Part shown: in pieces, positions 1 to 11,447 of the stretch
How positions within the stretch are numbered: the stretch's first letter is position 1
Layout: every line of letters starts with the position of its first letter
Source: Octopus bimaculoides
Lineage: Eukaryota
Assembly: GCF_001194135.2 (NCBI RefSeq)
Contig: NC_068997.1
Coordinates: forward strand, 34,661,978 to 34,725,977
DNA: 64,000 nt
Direction: 5' to 3'
The notes under the pieces: model-generated
Databases searched by the model: none
The model's input: the letters and a program-made list of their open reading frames with translations, nothing else
What the model was told of the DNA's origin: nothing
Made by a program: the position numbers and the translations under genes

Positions 1-553
1 TTTATTAATGAGACAAAAAGAAAACTGTGGTTGGCGAAAGGAAATAAAGAAGATTTTGATGTAAAGAACTATCAAGATGTGAACGAGTACTCTACATGTG
101 ATGGTGTACCCTCGGAGGGTGGTCATACCACAGACAGTACAGAAGAGAGTGCTATAGATACATACACACACACACACACACACACANNNNNNNNNNNNNN
201 NNNNNNNNNNNNNNNNNNNNNNNNNNNNNNNNNNNNNNNNNNNNNNNNNNNNNNNNNNNNNNNNNNNNNNNNNNNNNNNNNNNNNNNNNNNNNNNNNNNN
301 NNNNNGATAAAAATTCAAGGCTGTGAAAGATTTCAGGACATTTATAAATGTTCTGAAATCTTTCACAGCCTTGGATTTTTATCTCATTCTGCTCATTTTT
401 TATATATATGCTTGGTAATATATGACCTACGTTGGACTCCTCATTCGCGCATATTCACCGAACCTGGTGCTTAACTATAGTCTGTCCATAACACTAACTC
501 AGCATTACCTGACACCTTTGGGTCTTCTTGATACCTAATGGTATCATAACCTC

Positions 554-576
554 AATATATATATATATATATATAT

Positions 577-628
<52 letters not shown>

Positions 629-640
629 AGGGAGAGAGTA
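554..640. repeat. (AT)n/(AG)n compound microsatellite
   Basis: Direct: AT run followed by long AG run. Confidence 0.95.
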
Positions 641-2399
641 TCTGACGTTGCCCGAGACGACTTACATAACTCACAAGTTTTCAATACAGGATACATGTAT
701 TATTTGAGCAAGAATATTTATATTCTTTGAAACATGGTTCAAAAATGTCTTATCTCTATCAGAAGCTAGGTATTTTATTTCCGGTTATTTGCTTTTCCAT
801 TTTGAACATTGATGTAACAGCTGTTGTTTTGTAAAGCAGTATACGAATGTGAAGACATATTTATCGGATTCCATGAACAGTAAATAATATGCTTCCAGAG
901 ACTTCATATTTAACACTTCCGGTATATATTTGCCTCACCTTCTCCAAGAATGTTGGAAAACGTGGCTTCAGATAAAAGCATTGTACTAGCAAAAGAAACT
1001 TACCGAACGAAAAAAAAAACCGTTGAGTAATGGTTGAATAAATAAAAATTGTTTCTTACGAAGAAAATTTCAGCTTCAAATTTCAAGTTTCAGTATCGTT
1101 TGTCTCTTTTTCGGGTGGTCACTTAGATATTGAGTAACGGGGTTTTGTTAATATACAGCAGCGACCTTGTTGGCATACTTGCACATAATTGTAATTGTCT
1201 TGGCGTAGTGACGTTAGTAAACTTCAAAATTCTTACTGCTTCACATTTTTATTTTAGATACAAATCCTCCATCTACAAAATTTCTCCAGAATAATTGATA
1301 TACACCTTCCCCAGTTTAATTTGCTATATGTTTCCTGAGATACATTTTGACACATTTATTATTTTCCAAGCAAGGAATAACTGTTCTTGGAGGCTCCTGT
1401 AGTCTATAAAAAACTGATCTTTTGATAACGTCAAAATGGGTTGGTCAGTTATAGGGCCTGGAAGCTGTGCTGATGTAATTGATTGAAGTAAATTTTGCAT
1501 TTACTTTAACTAGATTCTAATGTATGCATGAGGAAAGGCTTCTTTTACGGCATTCTCTTGTGTGCAGATTGCATGTTGTAGACTCGAGGATGTCATACTT
1601 TGTTATGAGTTGCATCGTTTTCATGATCCTATGTCAAAAGCCGCTGGCAAACAAATTCTGTCGATCATTTGCAGACGTCCCTGGATAAAGCTCTTCACTT
1701 ATCTCTTTCCAAACAGAATTGTAGGCAAAGGTGCTCAAATGATTTAGTCTTCCATAAGTTCAGATACACGTCATAGCATTCTGAGGTGCCGTTGACAAGT
1801 TGATTCCGGTAATTTGAGCTACTTTTTGGCTAGTGCCTTTTACTCAGTATGTTTTTAGTTTTACTTCGCTTACCTCTTCTTGTCTGATAATTAACAGTTG
1901 ATGTAATCAGGATTGAGGCATGTTTCATGCTTCTCGGTTACATTTTAAGTGCTCTACTTTTGTGCAAAGGCCTTCACTGTTGTCTTTCTGTTACTCGTCA
2001 CCTGCTCCTTACATACCTGGGTTGGAACTGATGTTCATTTGTTACCCCTCGCTTTCTCTGTTTTGTGACTTTACAGATTTGGGCAGCTGAACACTACATA
2101 TCGCTTCAAGTCATATCTTTATTTTCATTGCTAATATTTGTAAACAAGAATTCAAACTGGATGAAAGCGAAAATGCTACAAATAAAATATTTTTTTTAAA
2201 TATCGACATAAAATATAGAATTAGATAAAGCAATATTGAATGGCTGCCCATGGAAAAAGAGGTATTTGAAAGACATAGTGGAGAGAAACGTGTCGCAAAA
2301 AAATTATGTTTTTACATATTGAAAAGGAAAAAAATATTTGTTGCTCATTCAACAGCAAAAACCGAGTACCACCTTCAAGAGTTTAGTCGAGTTTGGTAC

Positions 2400-2490
2400 C
2401 TATTATATTACTTTCTTTGGTAGAGTCGCTAAGTTACGATGAGTAAACAAACCAACACCAGTTGTCAAGTGTTGTGGGGACAAACACAAT
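2400..2490 (-). mobile_element. SINE remnant, family 1 (3' part)
   Basis: accaacaccagttgtcaag...ggggacaaacac resembles the reverse complement of the body of the copies at 34012 and 49810. Confidence 0.6.
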
Positions 2491-2592
2491 AGCACTCACT
2501 CACATGCACAAACACATACATGCATACACACACACACACTTATATATATATATATAAGTGTGTGTGNNNNNNNNNNNNNNNNNNNNNNNNNN

Positions 2593-2623
<31 letters not shown>

Positions 2624-3149
2624 TAAATGAAAGACGGAAGATGGAAGATACGAGAATTTTTGTTAATCATGATATTTGTCTCGACACATCTAGCATCGAT
2701 CCATCACGGGTGGGATACTTATCGACTGGTTAAGGAGCATCCGATGGTGCAGATGTAATAAATGAATATAATTCGTTAACATAACAGCTCTGAAATGTAT
2801 CTTCTGATTTCGTGTAAAGAAAAGCAGCAAAACAAAGGATATATCTTCATTTATATACAAGATCAAAAGTAAAATAACAGATACAAAAAAGAAACGAACA
2901 CACACTACAGCGAGAAAAGTTTCAAAAATAACCATTAACTGATAAGGATGCATACACACCCTCGCGCAAGCTCAATGGCACATGTACACTCGCTCATACA
3001 AGCATCCGCGAAGATGAAAGCATACGCACATGTGTGGCTTGGTGCACACACGTTCATAGCGAATTAAATAGTTACTTGGTATTTATAAGAATGGGGAGGT
3101 TAACGCTAAACTTAATTTATCCATACCTGAAAGTAAATCATGTTTACAG

Positions 3150-3400
3150 TTACTCAAATTCATTCCCACTGCATTGTGCGAAAGTACATTTATATGCGTG
3201 TAGGTATCTTGAGAGTATTTCAAAAATTCTATTAATGATCTTCTCGTTGTTCCACAGAATAGACAGTAATTCCTCGGAGTAGAGTCGGCGTCTCCTGGAA
3301 ATGATATTGTCTGGTCTTGCACGCCTTACTATGGACCATGTTATGTTATACTTAATTTTATCTTCCCCCAAACGCCACACAAAATCGACCAAAAAATGTT
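3150..3400 (-). mobile_element. Penelope-like element 3' fragment (C-terminus of GIY-YIG endonuclease region)
   Basis: ORF 3150-3392 VWRLGEDKIKYNITWSIVRRA...EELLSILWNNEKIINRIFEILSRYLH parallels the C-termini of the PLEs at 49.4-49.6 kb and 60.0-60.3 kb. Confidence 0.75.
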
Positions 3401-3439
3401 GAATGTCTGTTATTGATTCTCTTATTGATTATCTTTTAC

Positions 3440-4330
3440 TCGTTTCAGCCATGCAGCTGCAGTCATGCTGGAGTACCACCGTGGTCTTCCTGATTTCCTT
3501 AGTCTGGGGTATTTCACAGCACCACTCCTGTATGTGCCTTTGGCCCACCTGCTGGCTCATTTGGTGTATAAGGTGAGTTTTATTTCGCTGCCCTCGTTTG
3601 CACCTCATGTGAAGCTGTTGATACATCCGGTATTGGAATAGATGGTACCTTTGGTACAATATAATGACGGCTGGTTCTGACATTTGCATAACACTCAATG
3701 CTAAAATTAGGTACTAACTCTTCTAGAGTTTTCCATTTGTAGATTATTACATATCCGTCACGCCTTCGCTCCAGGGAGTAAAGTTGCAGTTTTGTGAACA
3801 TCTCCCCGTAGCTCATCCGCTGTACTGTTTCAATCTTCTCAGTGTAGTGACGTTGGACTGCTTCAAGCTCCACTGCTCGTTTGACAGTATGTGGTGACCA
3901 TAACTTGGATCAGTAGTCCAGGCAGCTGAAAACAAAGGTTTTTCATAGGGTCAACATAGTTTCTTGGTCTCTTGTCATGAAAGACCTCAGTATCCATCCA
4001 GCCAGTTGTCTACACTTTGCTGCCATGTCAGTAATGTGCATGTAAAATAATTCATCATTGCACATACTGATCCCCAAGTCTTTCACTGCCTGTGACACTG
4101 GGATTGTAGAGACTTCGTTTCCTGTGTATGCAGGCTGTAGTGCATTGGTGAGTTGATATTGCAGTGCTTGAAATTTTCTACCATTAAACTACATGCTGAT
4201 TACCTCGGCCCATTTGTATCACGAATTCAGGTCCCGCTGTAATCTTGCGATATCACGTTGCTTTTTTATTGTCTGATAATTTTGCATCATCGGCATAGCA
4301 AGTATGATATCTAAAAGTAAGAGACAAGGA
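3440..4330 (-). mobile_element. CR1/L2-clade LINE 3' fragment (RT C-terminus), pseudogenised
   Basis: Minus-strand translation: YADDAKL, LQRDLN, VKDLG, LWSP, LEAVQRHYTEKI, LYSLERRR, with in-frame stops. Confidence 0.85.
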
Positions 4331-4445
4331 TCCAGGTGCAGGAAGTTAATAAACTTCGAGCAGTAGAAGGTATAAAAAACAACTTTTAGAAACAATACTG
4401 GTTTATTGGCGTAGTAGGTACTCGAATACCAGATTCTAAACAAAA

Positions 4446-4483
4446 CTGTCTGACGAACGGGAACGCGAAACTCTGAGTAACAG
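4446..4483 (+). ncRNA. Minimal type I hammerhead ribozyme motif
   Basis: Stem I CTGT/ACAG; core CTGACGA 4450-56; stem II CG-GGAA-CG closed by an A.C mismatch; GAAA 4467-70; stem III ACTC-T-GAGT; GUA site at 4479; AATAAA downstream. Confidence 0.7.
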
Positions 4484-4515
4484 GTTTTTTATATTTTTTT
4501 TGCTGCTTTTCAATA

Positions 4516-4559
<44 letters not shown>

Positions 4560-5849
4560 CGTGTTTTCACAGTTTCTGTCTATCCAGAAGTACTTTGAAA
4601 TCTTTAGTAGAAATAATGAAAAAACTACATTCTTTCATAAAAAGATACGAAGTTGCAATTGTTCATTTCCATTTGTATTATTTCTGAACAATGATGACCC
4701 TGTGACAAGTATCCCTATGGGGAAACCTTCTTTCTTCAAAGCCCACTTTTCATACCAGTCCCCACTGCACACATTCGGTAAATCTCTAGAGCTATTTTTA
4801 CCATCTGCTATCCTGCCATCCCCCCGGATGCAAATAACAGTAGCATGACCCGTGCTTTCCCAGTGTTGTTTTATGAAACGACAGAAACATTAGTTTCTCA
4901 TTATGATCAATGATTATATTACTAAGTGAGCTTAATATTCGTGATGAATTCTCCATATGAAGAAGTGGAGCACTCAACTAGTACAACACACTCAAAACAA
5001 TATATATGAGTGTGCGCACATGTTTCATATACTCAAAGCAAACGCAAAAGCCAAACTTGAACCGAATCATCTTGCAACATATAACATGAACCCTAAAATC
5101 CAATAGCTAAAATAATCTTCAAAAGATGTAGAAGGAATGTTATTAAGTCAGCTAAACACGTTGACCAACCTAAGGACCAGCTGGAGCTGTCCTGCACGTT
5201 GTTTCAATATTGTTTTACTTTCATATTTAACATTTTGTCGCTTGTCAGTTTCTGTGATCTTTTTCACACCTACTCTCTGTCAACCAAGCTCCCACTGCTA
5301 ACAGAATGAAAGAAATCGGCAGTAAAGGCATCCACACTGAAGAAAACGGATTTCAGTTTATTTCATACATTCCTGGAAGAAGTGCCCTTCTAAGCAGCAT
5401 AGTATTTGATGTGTTAAGATTTATAATCAGACAGTTACAAAAATGCATTCCTGTAACTTCTATTTCCTTTGAAATAATCTCCAGGTGATATAAAGAAATA
5501 AGTATAAAGCCTGGAAGTAAATAAATGCCCGTGACTCTTTAGACATCATAATATTCCATATATGTTCACACATTCACAAATATACATGCATACATGCAAG
5601 TTAAAAACACGAAGACGTGTGTACAAAGAGGATACGCAGCCGTCAATAGAGCAGATATTTTATAAGTAACTCCATACAGAATATTTTTAAATGTCGGTGC
5701 TTCAGATAATTCTAAGACACACAAAATAGCCAATCATTAAAAAATACAACTGTCTGATGTGTTGGTGCTAAGAACTTATAAATCTTAAGAATCGAAAAAT
5801 TCTATCTTTAGATTCCGTGATTTAAAGAGATCAGTTTCAACGAGTATAT

Positions 5850-5891
5850 TGTATGTATGTATTTAAGTATGTATGTATGTATGTTTGTATG

Positions 5892-5925
<34 letters not shown>

Positions 5926-6125
5926 TGTATGTATATATGTATATATGTATATATGTATGTGTATGCATACATACATACATACATACACACACTCAACCTC
6001 CCCCATGAATATATATATATACACACACACAAACACACGAGAGGGAGAGAGGGAGAGAGGGAGATAAATATGTGTGTATTTATGTATGTATGTATGCATG
6101 TATGTATGTGTGTATGTATGTACTA
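5850..6125. repeat. (TATG)n/(TACA)n/(GA)n compound microsatellite
   Basis: Direct; source of spurious MYV/HTY ORFs. Confidence 0.95.
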
Positions 6126-6444
6126 CTTGTTTTATTTGTTTGTTTTTTTGAGACTCATTAAAGTTTTCCATCGCAGAATTCAAGACGGTCACTAATGAGA
6201 TGACAAAGCACGTTTGTTTGAGTTACAATACATTCTGGAATTTGCGGATACATGAATGAGTTAGTGTGTGCACGCACAATCGTGAATGTGGAGATAAGCT
6301 TACACTCGAGTAATGAATGTTCATGTTTCTTTTAGTACGTAAGAGAATGTGTGTGTGTGTATGTTTCATTACTGTTACTGTGTGTATGTGTGTATGCCAT
6401 CTGCACATACGTGCGTATGTATATATGTTCATACTAGGTAACTT

Positions 6445-8670
6445 GTACTGAGGATCCCTGAACTGTTTTACAAATCTTAGCTGTACCTTTAATCGACTGT
6501 GTTTGGTGGAAAGTAGTTTTGTTCTTTCTTAAAGAAATTCAGCATTTCTAGGTTTTAATGCAAATCTATTTTTACATAGCTTGGTGAAGCTGTTATAATA
6601 CGTACAAATGAAAATTTATAGCATGGATATATAAATGAGTTTCTCATTAGGTCACCATGTTTGTTCTCTTTTCACCTTCTTAATTTTAGATGAAATATTC
6701 ACATCTACTAACCAGTTGACCTCTACAACAGTGCTTTTATATTTGTTTCATCTACTATAAAACAATATTAAACTCATTGTGCTCGTACTGAGAAGAGACT
6801 TTCATGTTTATTTCATATTTTTAAGTGCATAGTTACACTCTGATTCAGTTGCGATTTTGATATGAACATCGTGACAACCTTTCCTGCGTATAATATTGTT
6901 GATGGTTCTTGAAACAATATTATATCACATAGAAGATAACTATCATGCGGATATTTTGGGACAGATGATGATCATGTGGATGATATCTCCTGCGCTGGTA
7001 TAATACAATTAACATTTTCTCTCTTGACGTGGAGGTTTAGAGACATCCTTATCTCTTTTATTAATTGGGTATTTAGAAGCTCTTTCCTGTTCTTTGATAA
7101 AAAGGTGTTTCTTTCTAGGTGAGATGCGAGATATCTTTCACGGGTATGAGGAGTACTTTTCCTGACAACGTTCTTTGTATCCTCTAACTTGCAGAGTATA
7201 TCCAGAGTATATCTTGCTGATATCATGAATGTCTCTTCTCTAAGTTTCTGACAAAGGAGGTTTGTCCAGGTTCCCCTAGTTCACATGGAATACCTGTACA
7301 CAGAGAGTATCTATTCAGGGGCTTTTCCCCTAATCCTATGTTATGACATTATTTTCTATTTTAAGTACACACAAGATGTATATATTTCTCCGTTTACTAT
7401 TCAGTAGGTGTTATTTAATTGATACTATGCGTTACTCAAAGGTCGTCTGGACTATCACTTCATTTAACATACATCCTGTCAGTGTCACTGTTAATGATAA
7501 AGTTATCAATTTGACTAATATTTTTCTAACTTTAACGCCCAAGTTGCAAATTTTTTCAAGTTTTCAAAACATTTTTTTCAGCATTGATATTACAAAGAAG
7601 CGTTATAGTAATAGAATATTATATCATTAAATGCAGATAACTCTGACTTCTATACTTTTCGAAATCTACTGAAGCCTTCTTCTGTTCCTCTAGCTTAATA
7701 CACATCAATATAGTGTTGTCAATTCCGAGATACTTGCAACATTGGGGAAATAAGGGAAACGGAAAGGCCATTGATATCCAAATTCTCGTTTGGTAAATAA
7801 TCTTTATTCGAATGATTCCAAAGATAGATACTTAGCCCAGGTAGGATTCATTTCCATATCCTATGAGAATCCTGTGACCAGTGTAACACTCACTTTGTGT
7901 CGTGAATATTAGATGAATACAGTTTAAAGTTTTTCCGGGAAAAAAGGTATGGGTGACATTAATTTTTCACTCTTCTGCAGATCCTAACATATAGCCTTTG
8001 CATTTCCTCAACAGGGCTGACTATGTGTTCACTGCCATGATAGAAAGCATTCTAAACAAGCTATCACTCCGAAATATTCCTGATGACTATTTAATTCTCT
8101 TAGTAGCTATAGTAGTAGATTCAATCCTTATCAATAGCTCTGTGGCCTATATTGTTGTTAGTGTCTTAATGGCATCGACTATAGCAGATGAGACTTTGGG
8201 AAAGTGTACTGACTCTAGTATCCATGAATGAGAAACTTAGTCAAATGTCTTCTTAAGGTCTAGCCTTATACTAAGAAGTCTTCGGTAGTGCTGCTTCACT
8301 TTCTTAAAGACAGTCTCATTGATGAGAAACTGTTCGGTATTGCCCCTGATAACCTACTTTCCATCTGCCTGCTCATCAGTCATCACGTTGTTTGTTTTAA
8401 GTTGATTCTGAGGAATACTTTCAAAGAACTTGTACATTCTTCATATATAACAAATAGTATGTTATGATTAGTTTTGGGCTATCTGTGCCTTTTGGTTCTT
8501 AAGTACGAATGTTGTTACCAGTTCTCTCCTAGATAATTTTCTCTTCGGTAATTTAGCAACAACTGTCAGAAGAGATTCCCTAGTGGTGTGATGTTATTCA
8601 GTGGTGGCTTTTACACAGTATTCACTCCATTCTACTAGTATTCTTTCATATTCCGTTGTATGACGTTCTA
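6445..8670 (-). mobile_element. R4/Dong-like RLE non-LTR retrotransposon, copy A (RT + RLE, heavily decayed, 5'-truncated)
   Basis: Minus-strand motifs LDLKKTFD*VSHSWILE (about 8240), GIFRSDSL (about 8070), CKYLGID (about 7730) and terminal IKGTAKICKTV (about 6480). Confidence 0.75.
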
Positions 8671-8679
8671 GCTATGATA

Positions 8680-8691
8680 TAATAATAATGA

Positions 8692-8768
<77 letters not shown>

Positions 8769-8804
8769 ATAATAATAATAATAATAATAATAATGATAAT
8801 AATA

Positions 8805-8866
<62 letters not shown>

Positions 8867-8875
8867 CATCATCAT
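8680..8875. repeat. (TAG)n-(TAA)n compound microsatellite between copies A and B
   Basis: Direct. Confidence 0.95.
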
Positions 8876-8879
8876 ATGT

Positions 8880-10797
8880 AAACGTGGACCCTATGGTTGT
8901 AAGGATCAGTATGGTTGTAATGATCAGTTATTCATCAACAGGATCATCTTGGAAGTTTGTCACAAACACAGAACTTGTCAATAGCCTGGATAGACTGTAG
9001 AAATCTTTTGATAGTCCACCACATAGTTGGATTAAGAAATGTCTGCAAATGTATAAAATAGCATCTACTCTGCGAAACTTTTTGTCTGTAAGTATGAGAT
9101 CATGGAGAACCACACTGACTTTGAACAGTGACAATGAAATTCTTAATGCTGGAGATGTAAGAATTTCATGTGGCATTTTCCAGGGTGATTCACTATCACT
9201 ACTCTTCTTTTATCTAGCCTTAATACTTCCCTCGAAATTGCTCAATGATGTACAGTACGGTTATAAAATGTTTGATAAAAATATAAATCATCTCATTTAC
9301 ATGGATGATTTAAAGCTCTTTGCAAAAAAATTACCAACAACTCCAGGGCTTACTAGCGACTGTTAAACAATTCAGTGATGACACCAGGGTGCAATTTGGC
9401 CTCGATAAGTGTGCAAAAGCTACCTTTATCAAAAACGACAAAAACATCTAACGTTAACCTAGACCAGCAGAATGTCATAAAGGAGTTAGAACCTGCGGAG
9501 AGCTACAAATACCTAGGGGTATTTGAAGGAGACGGAATCAAACATTCAGTGATAAAGGAAAGTATCAGAAGTGATGAGAGCTGAATGTCAGAAAGAGGAT
9601 CGAAGCGATCAATACTTTAGCCATACCAGTCGTGACTTACAGTTTCTATATCATTAACTGGTCAATTACTGAAATATGTAAACTTGACAGAAAAATACCA
9701 AAATTGTTGACAATGCATAGAATGCACCACCCTAAGGCAGATATAGAACGAATTTATCTGCCAAGAAAAGAGGGAGGCCGTGGACGTTTACAACTGGCAT
9801 TAACAATGAAGATTTCCACAATTAGCCTAGACACCTATCTGAAAAACTCTGAGGACTGGATGCTAAAACTTGCCTCAGAATATGAAAACAAGAAAGCATC
9901 ATACTCAGTAATAAAACAGGCAATGGAATATCTAAGTGAATTCCAAATACAAGAAACTCCAGAATTAGACGTCCTAGAAACAAGCAGAGAAAAAGCTAAG
10001 CGCATGAAAACCCGTGCTAAAACTGCTACCTTAGATATTCTTACTGATAAATGGCAAGAAAAACCTCTCAATGGCAAATACCTCAAAGAGAGCGAATAAT
10101 GCCGATACTGACAAAGCCCTTACCATCAATGGTTAATGGCTTCTGGCTTAAAATCAGAAACAGCCCAAGATCAATGCCTACCTACAAGAATCTACCAGGC
10201 CAATATATTAAAGAACGGCAGCTTTCCAACATGTCGTGTATGTCAACAACAAAATGAAACCATTGATCACGTTGACTCCATGCGCGGTCTTCTTGCGTCT
10301 ACAGAGTATCTCAACAAGCATGATAGTGCTGCACAGTATATTCACTGGGTAATTTACAAAAACCTGGATCTGCCCCATGATAAAAATTAGTGGGAACACA
10401 AAACACCTCCAGTGCTTGACACTGATCACATCTCACTCCTCTGGAACTTTACCATTCCAACTGACAGAAAGATAGATGCAAATAGGCCAGACATTATATT
10501 GAACGACTTCAGACGAAAATCATGCCTCCTCATTGATATAACTGTCCCAATCGATAGAAACGTATCTGTCAAGACCTACCAAAAAACTACCAAGTATAAA
10601 GACCTTGAAATAGAAATTAGCAAAATGTGGAACCTGAAGACTAAAACAATACCTGTTGTCGCAGGTGCCTTAGGAATGATAGCAAAAGGGGCTGATAGCT
10701 ACCTAGCTCCGATACCAAGAAGCCCCAAAATGGCAGAAATTCAAAAGATAGTGCTCATGAGCACTGCCCATATCCTATGTAAAATACTGTCTATGTA
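8880..10797 (+). mobile_element. R4/Dong-like RLE retrotransposon, copy B (RT, CCHC finger, RLE; 5'-truncated, frameshifted)
   Basis: GCKDQL, GIFQGDSLS, YMDDLKLF, YKYLG, RKEGGRG, CRVC..ETIDH, ANRPDIIL, KYKDL, PVVAGALG. Confidence 0.92.
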
Positions 10798-10877
10798 CAT
10801 TATTTACATTATTTACATTTGACGGATATTTGTCCTCATCTTGTTTGTTGTTAACACAACGTTTTGGCTGATATATA

Positions 10878-10941
10878 TAGTGGTTAAGAACGCGAGCTAC
10901 TAACCCCATGATTCCGAGTTTGATTCTAGGCAGTGACCTGA
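10878..10941 (+). mobile_element. Short tRNA-derived SINE ending in (TAA)n
   Basis: A-box-like TAGTGGTTAAG and B-box-like GAGTTTGATTCT, followed by (TAA)n to 11014. Confidence 0.65.
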
Positions 10942-10950
10942 ATAATAATG

Positions 10951-11014
<64 letters not shown>

Positions 11015-11204
11015 GAGATTACACCGAGGACGTTTAACGAGATTACACCGGGGACGTATAACAGATTACACCGGGGACGTTTAACAGATTACACCGGGGA
11101 CGTTTAAAACAGATTACACCGGGGACATTTAACCAGATTACACTGGGGACGTTTAACGAGATTACACCGGGGACGTTTAAGAGATTACACCGGGGACGTT
11201 TAAC
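11015..11204 (+). repeat. Minisatellite, 8 units of 23-25 bp (GAGATTACACCGGGGACGTTTAAC)
   Basis: Eight near-identical units counted directly. Confidence 0.95.
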
Positions 11205-11447
11205 ATATGAGAACGATAAATCACTGCTCCGAAATGTATCCAGAAACATCGGAAATAAACACATCCCATGGAGCCAAACATAGCTGACAAAAGGTTGGAC
11301 TATATCCGAGTAAGTAATACTCATTGAAATTTATTTCTATTTTTCCAAATATAATGATGTATTTTAACTTAATACCTCCACTACCCACACAGCGAACGTA
11401 AACACGCTTGTTACATCAACACCAGACCATCTCCGAAACCAAACACC

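Noticed and set aside
700-2100. Possible Tc1- or MULE-like transposase remnant on the minus strand (LAKK.LKLPESTCQR; NAVKEAFPHAYI)
   Set aside because: Only short motif resemblances in different frames, pointing to different families; no TIR or TSD found.
2660-2720. Possible decayed hammerhead in the tail of the minus-strand PLE
   Set aside because: Neither CUGANGA nor GAAAC is intact; it would need several assumed edits.
8340-8385. CTGATGA...GAAA on the minus strand
   Set aside because: No stem II and no U at 16.1; lies inside retrotransposon coding sequence, so probably chance.
11015-11204. CRISPR-like appearance of the repeat array
   Set aside because: Units are contiguous without unique spacers, and the context is eukaryotic.
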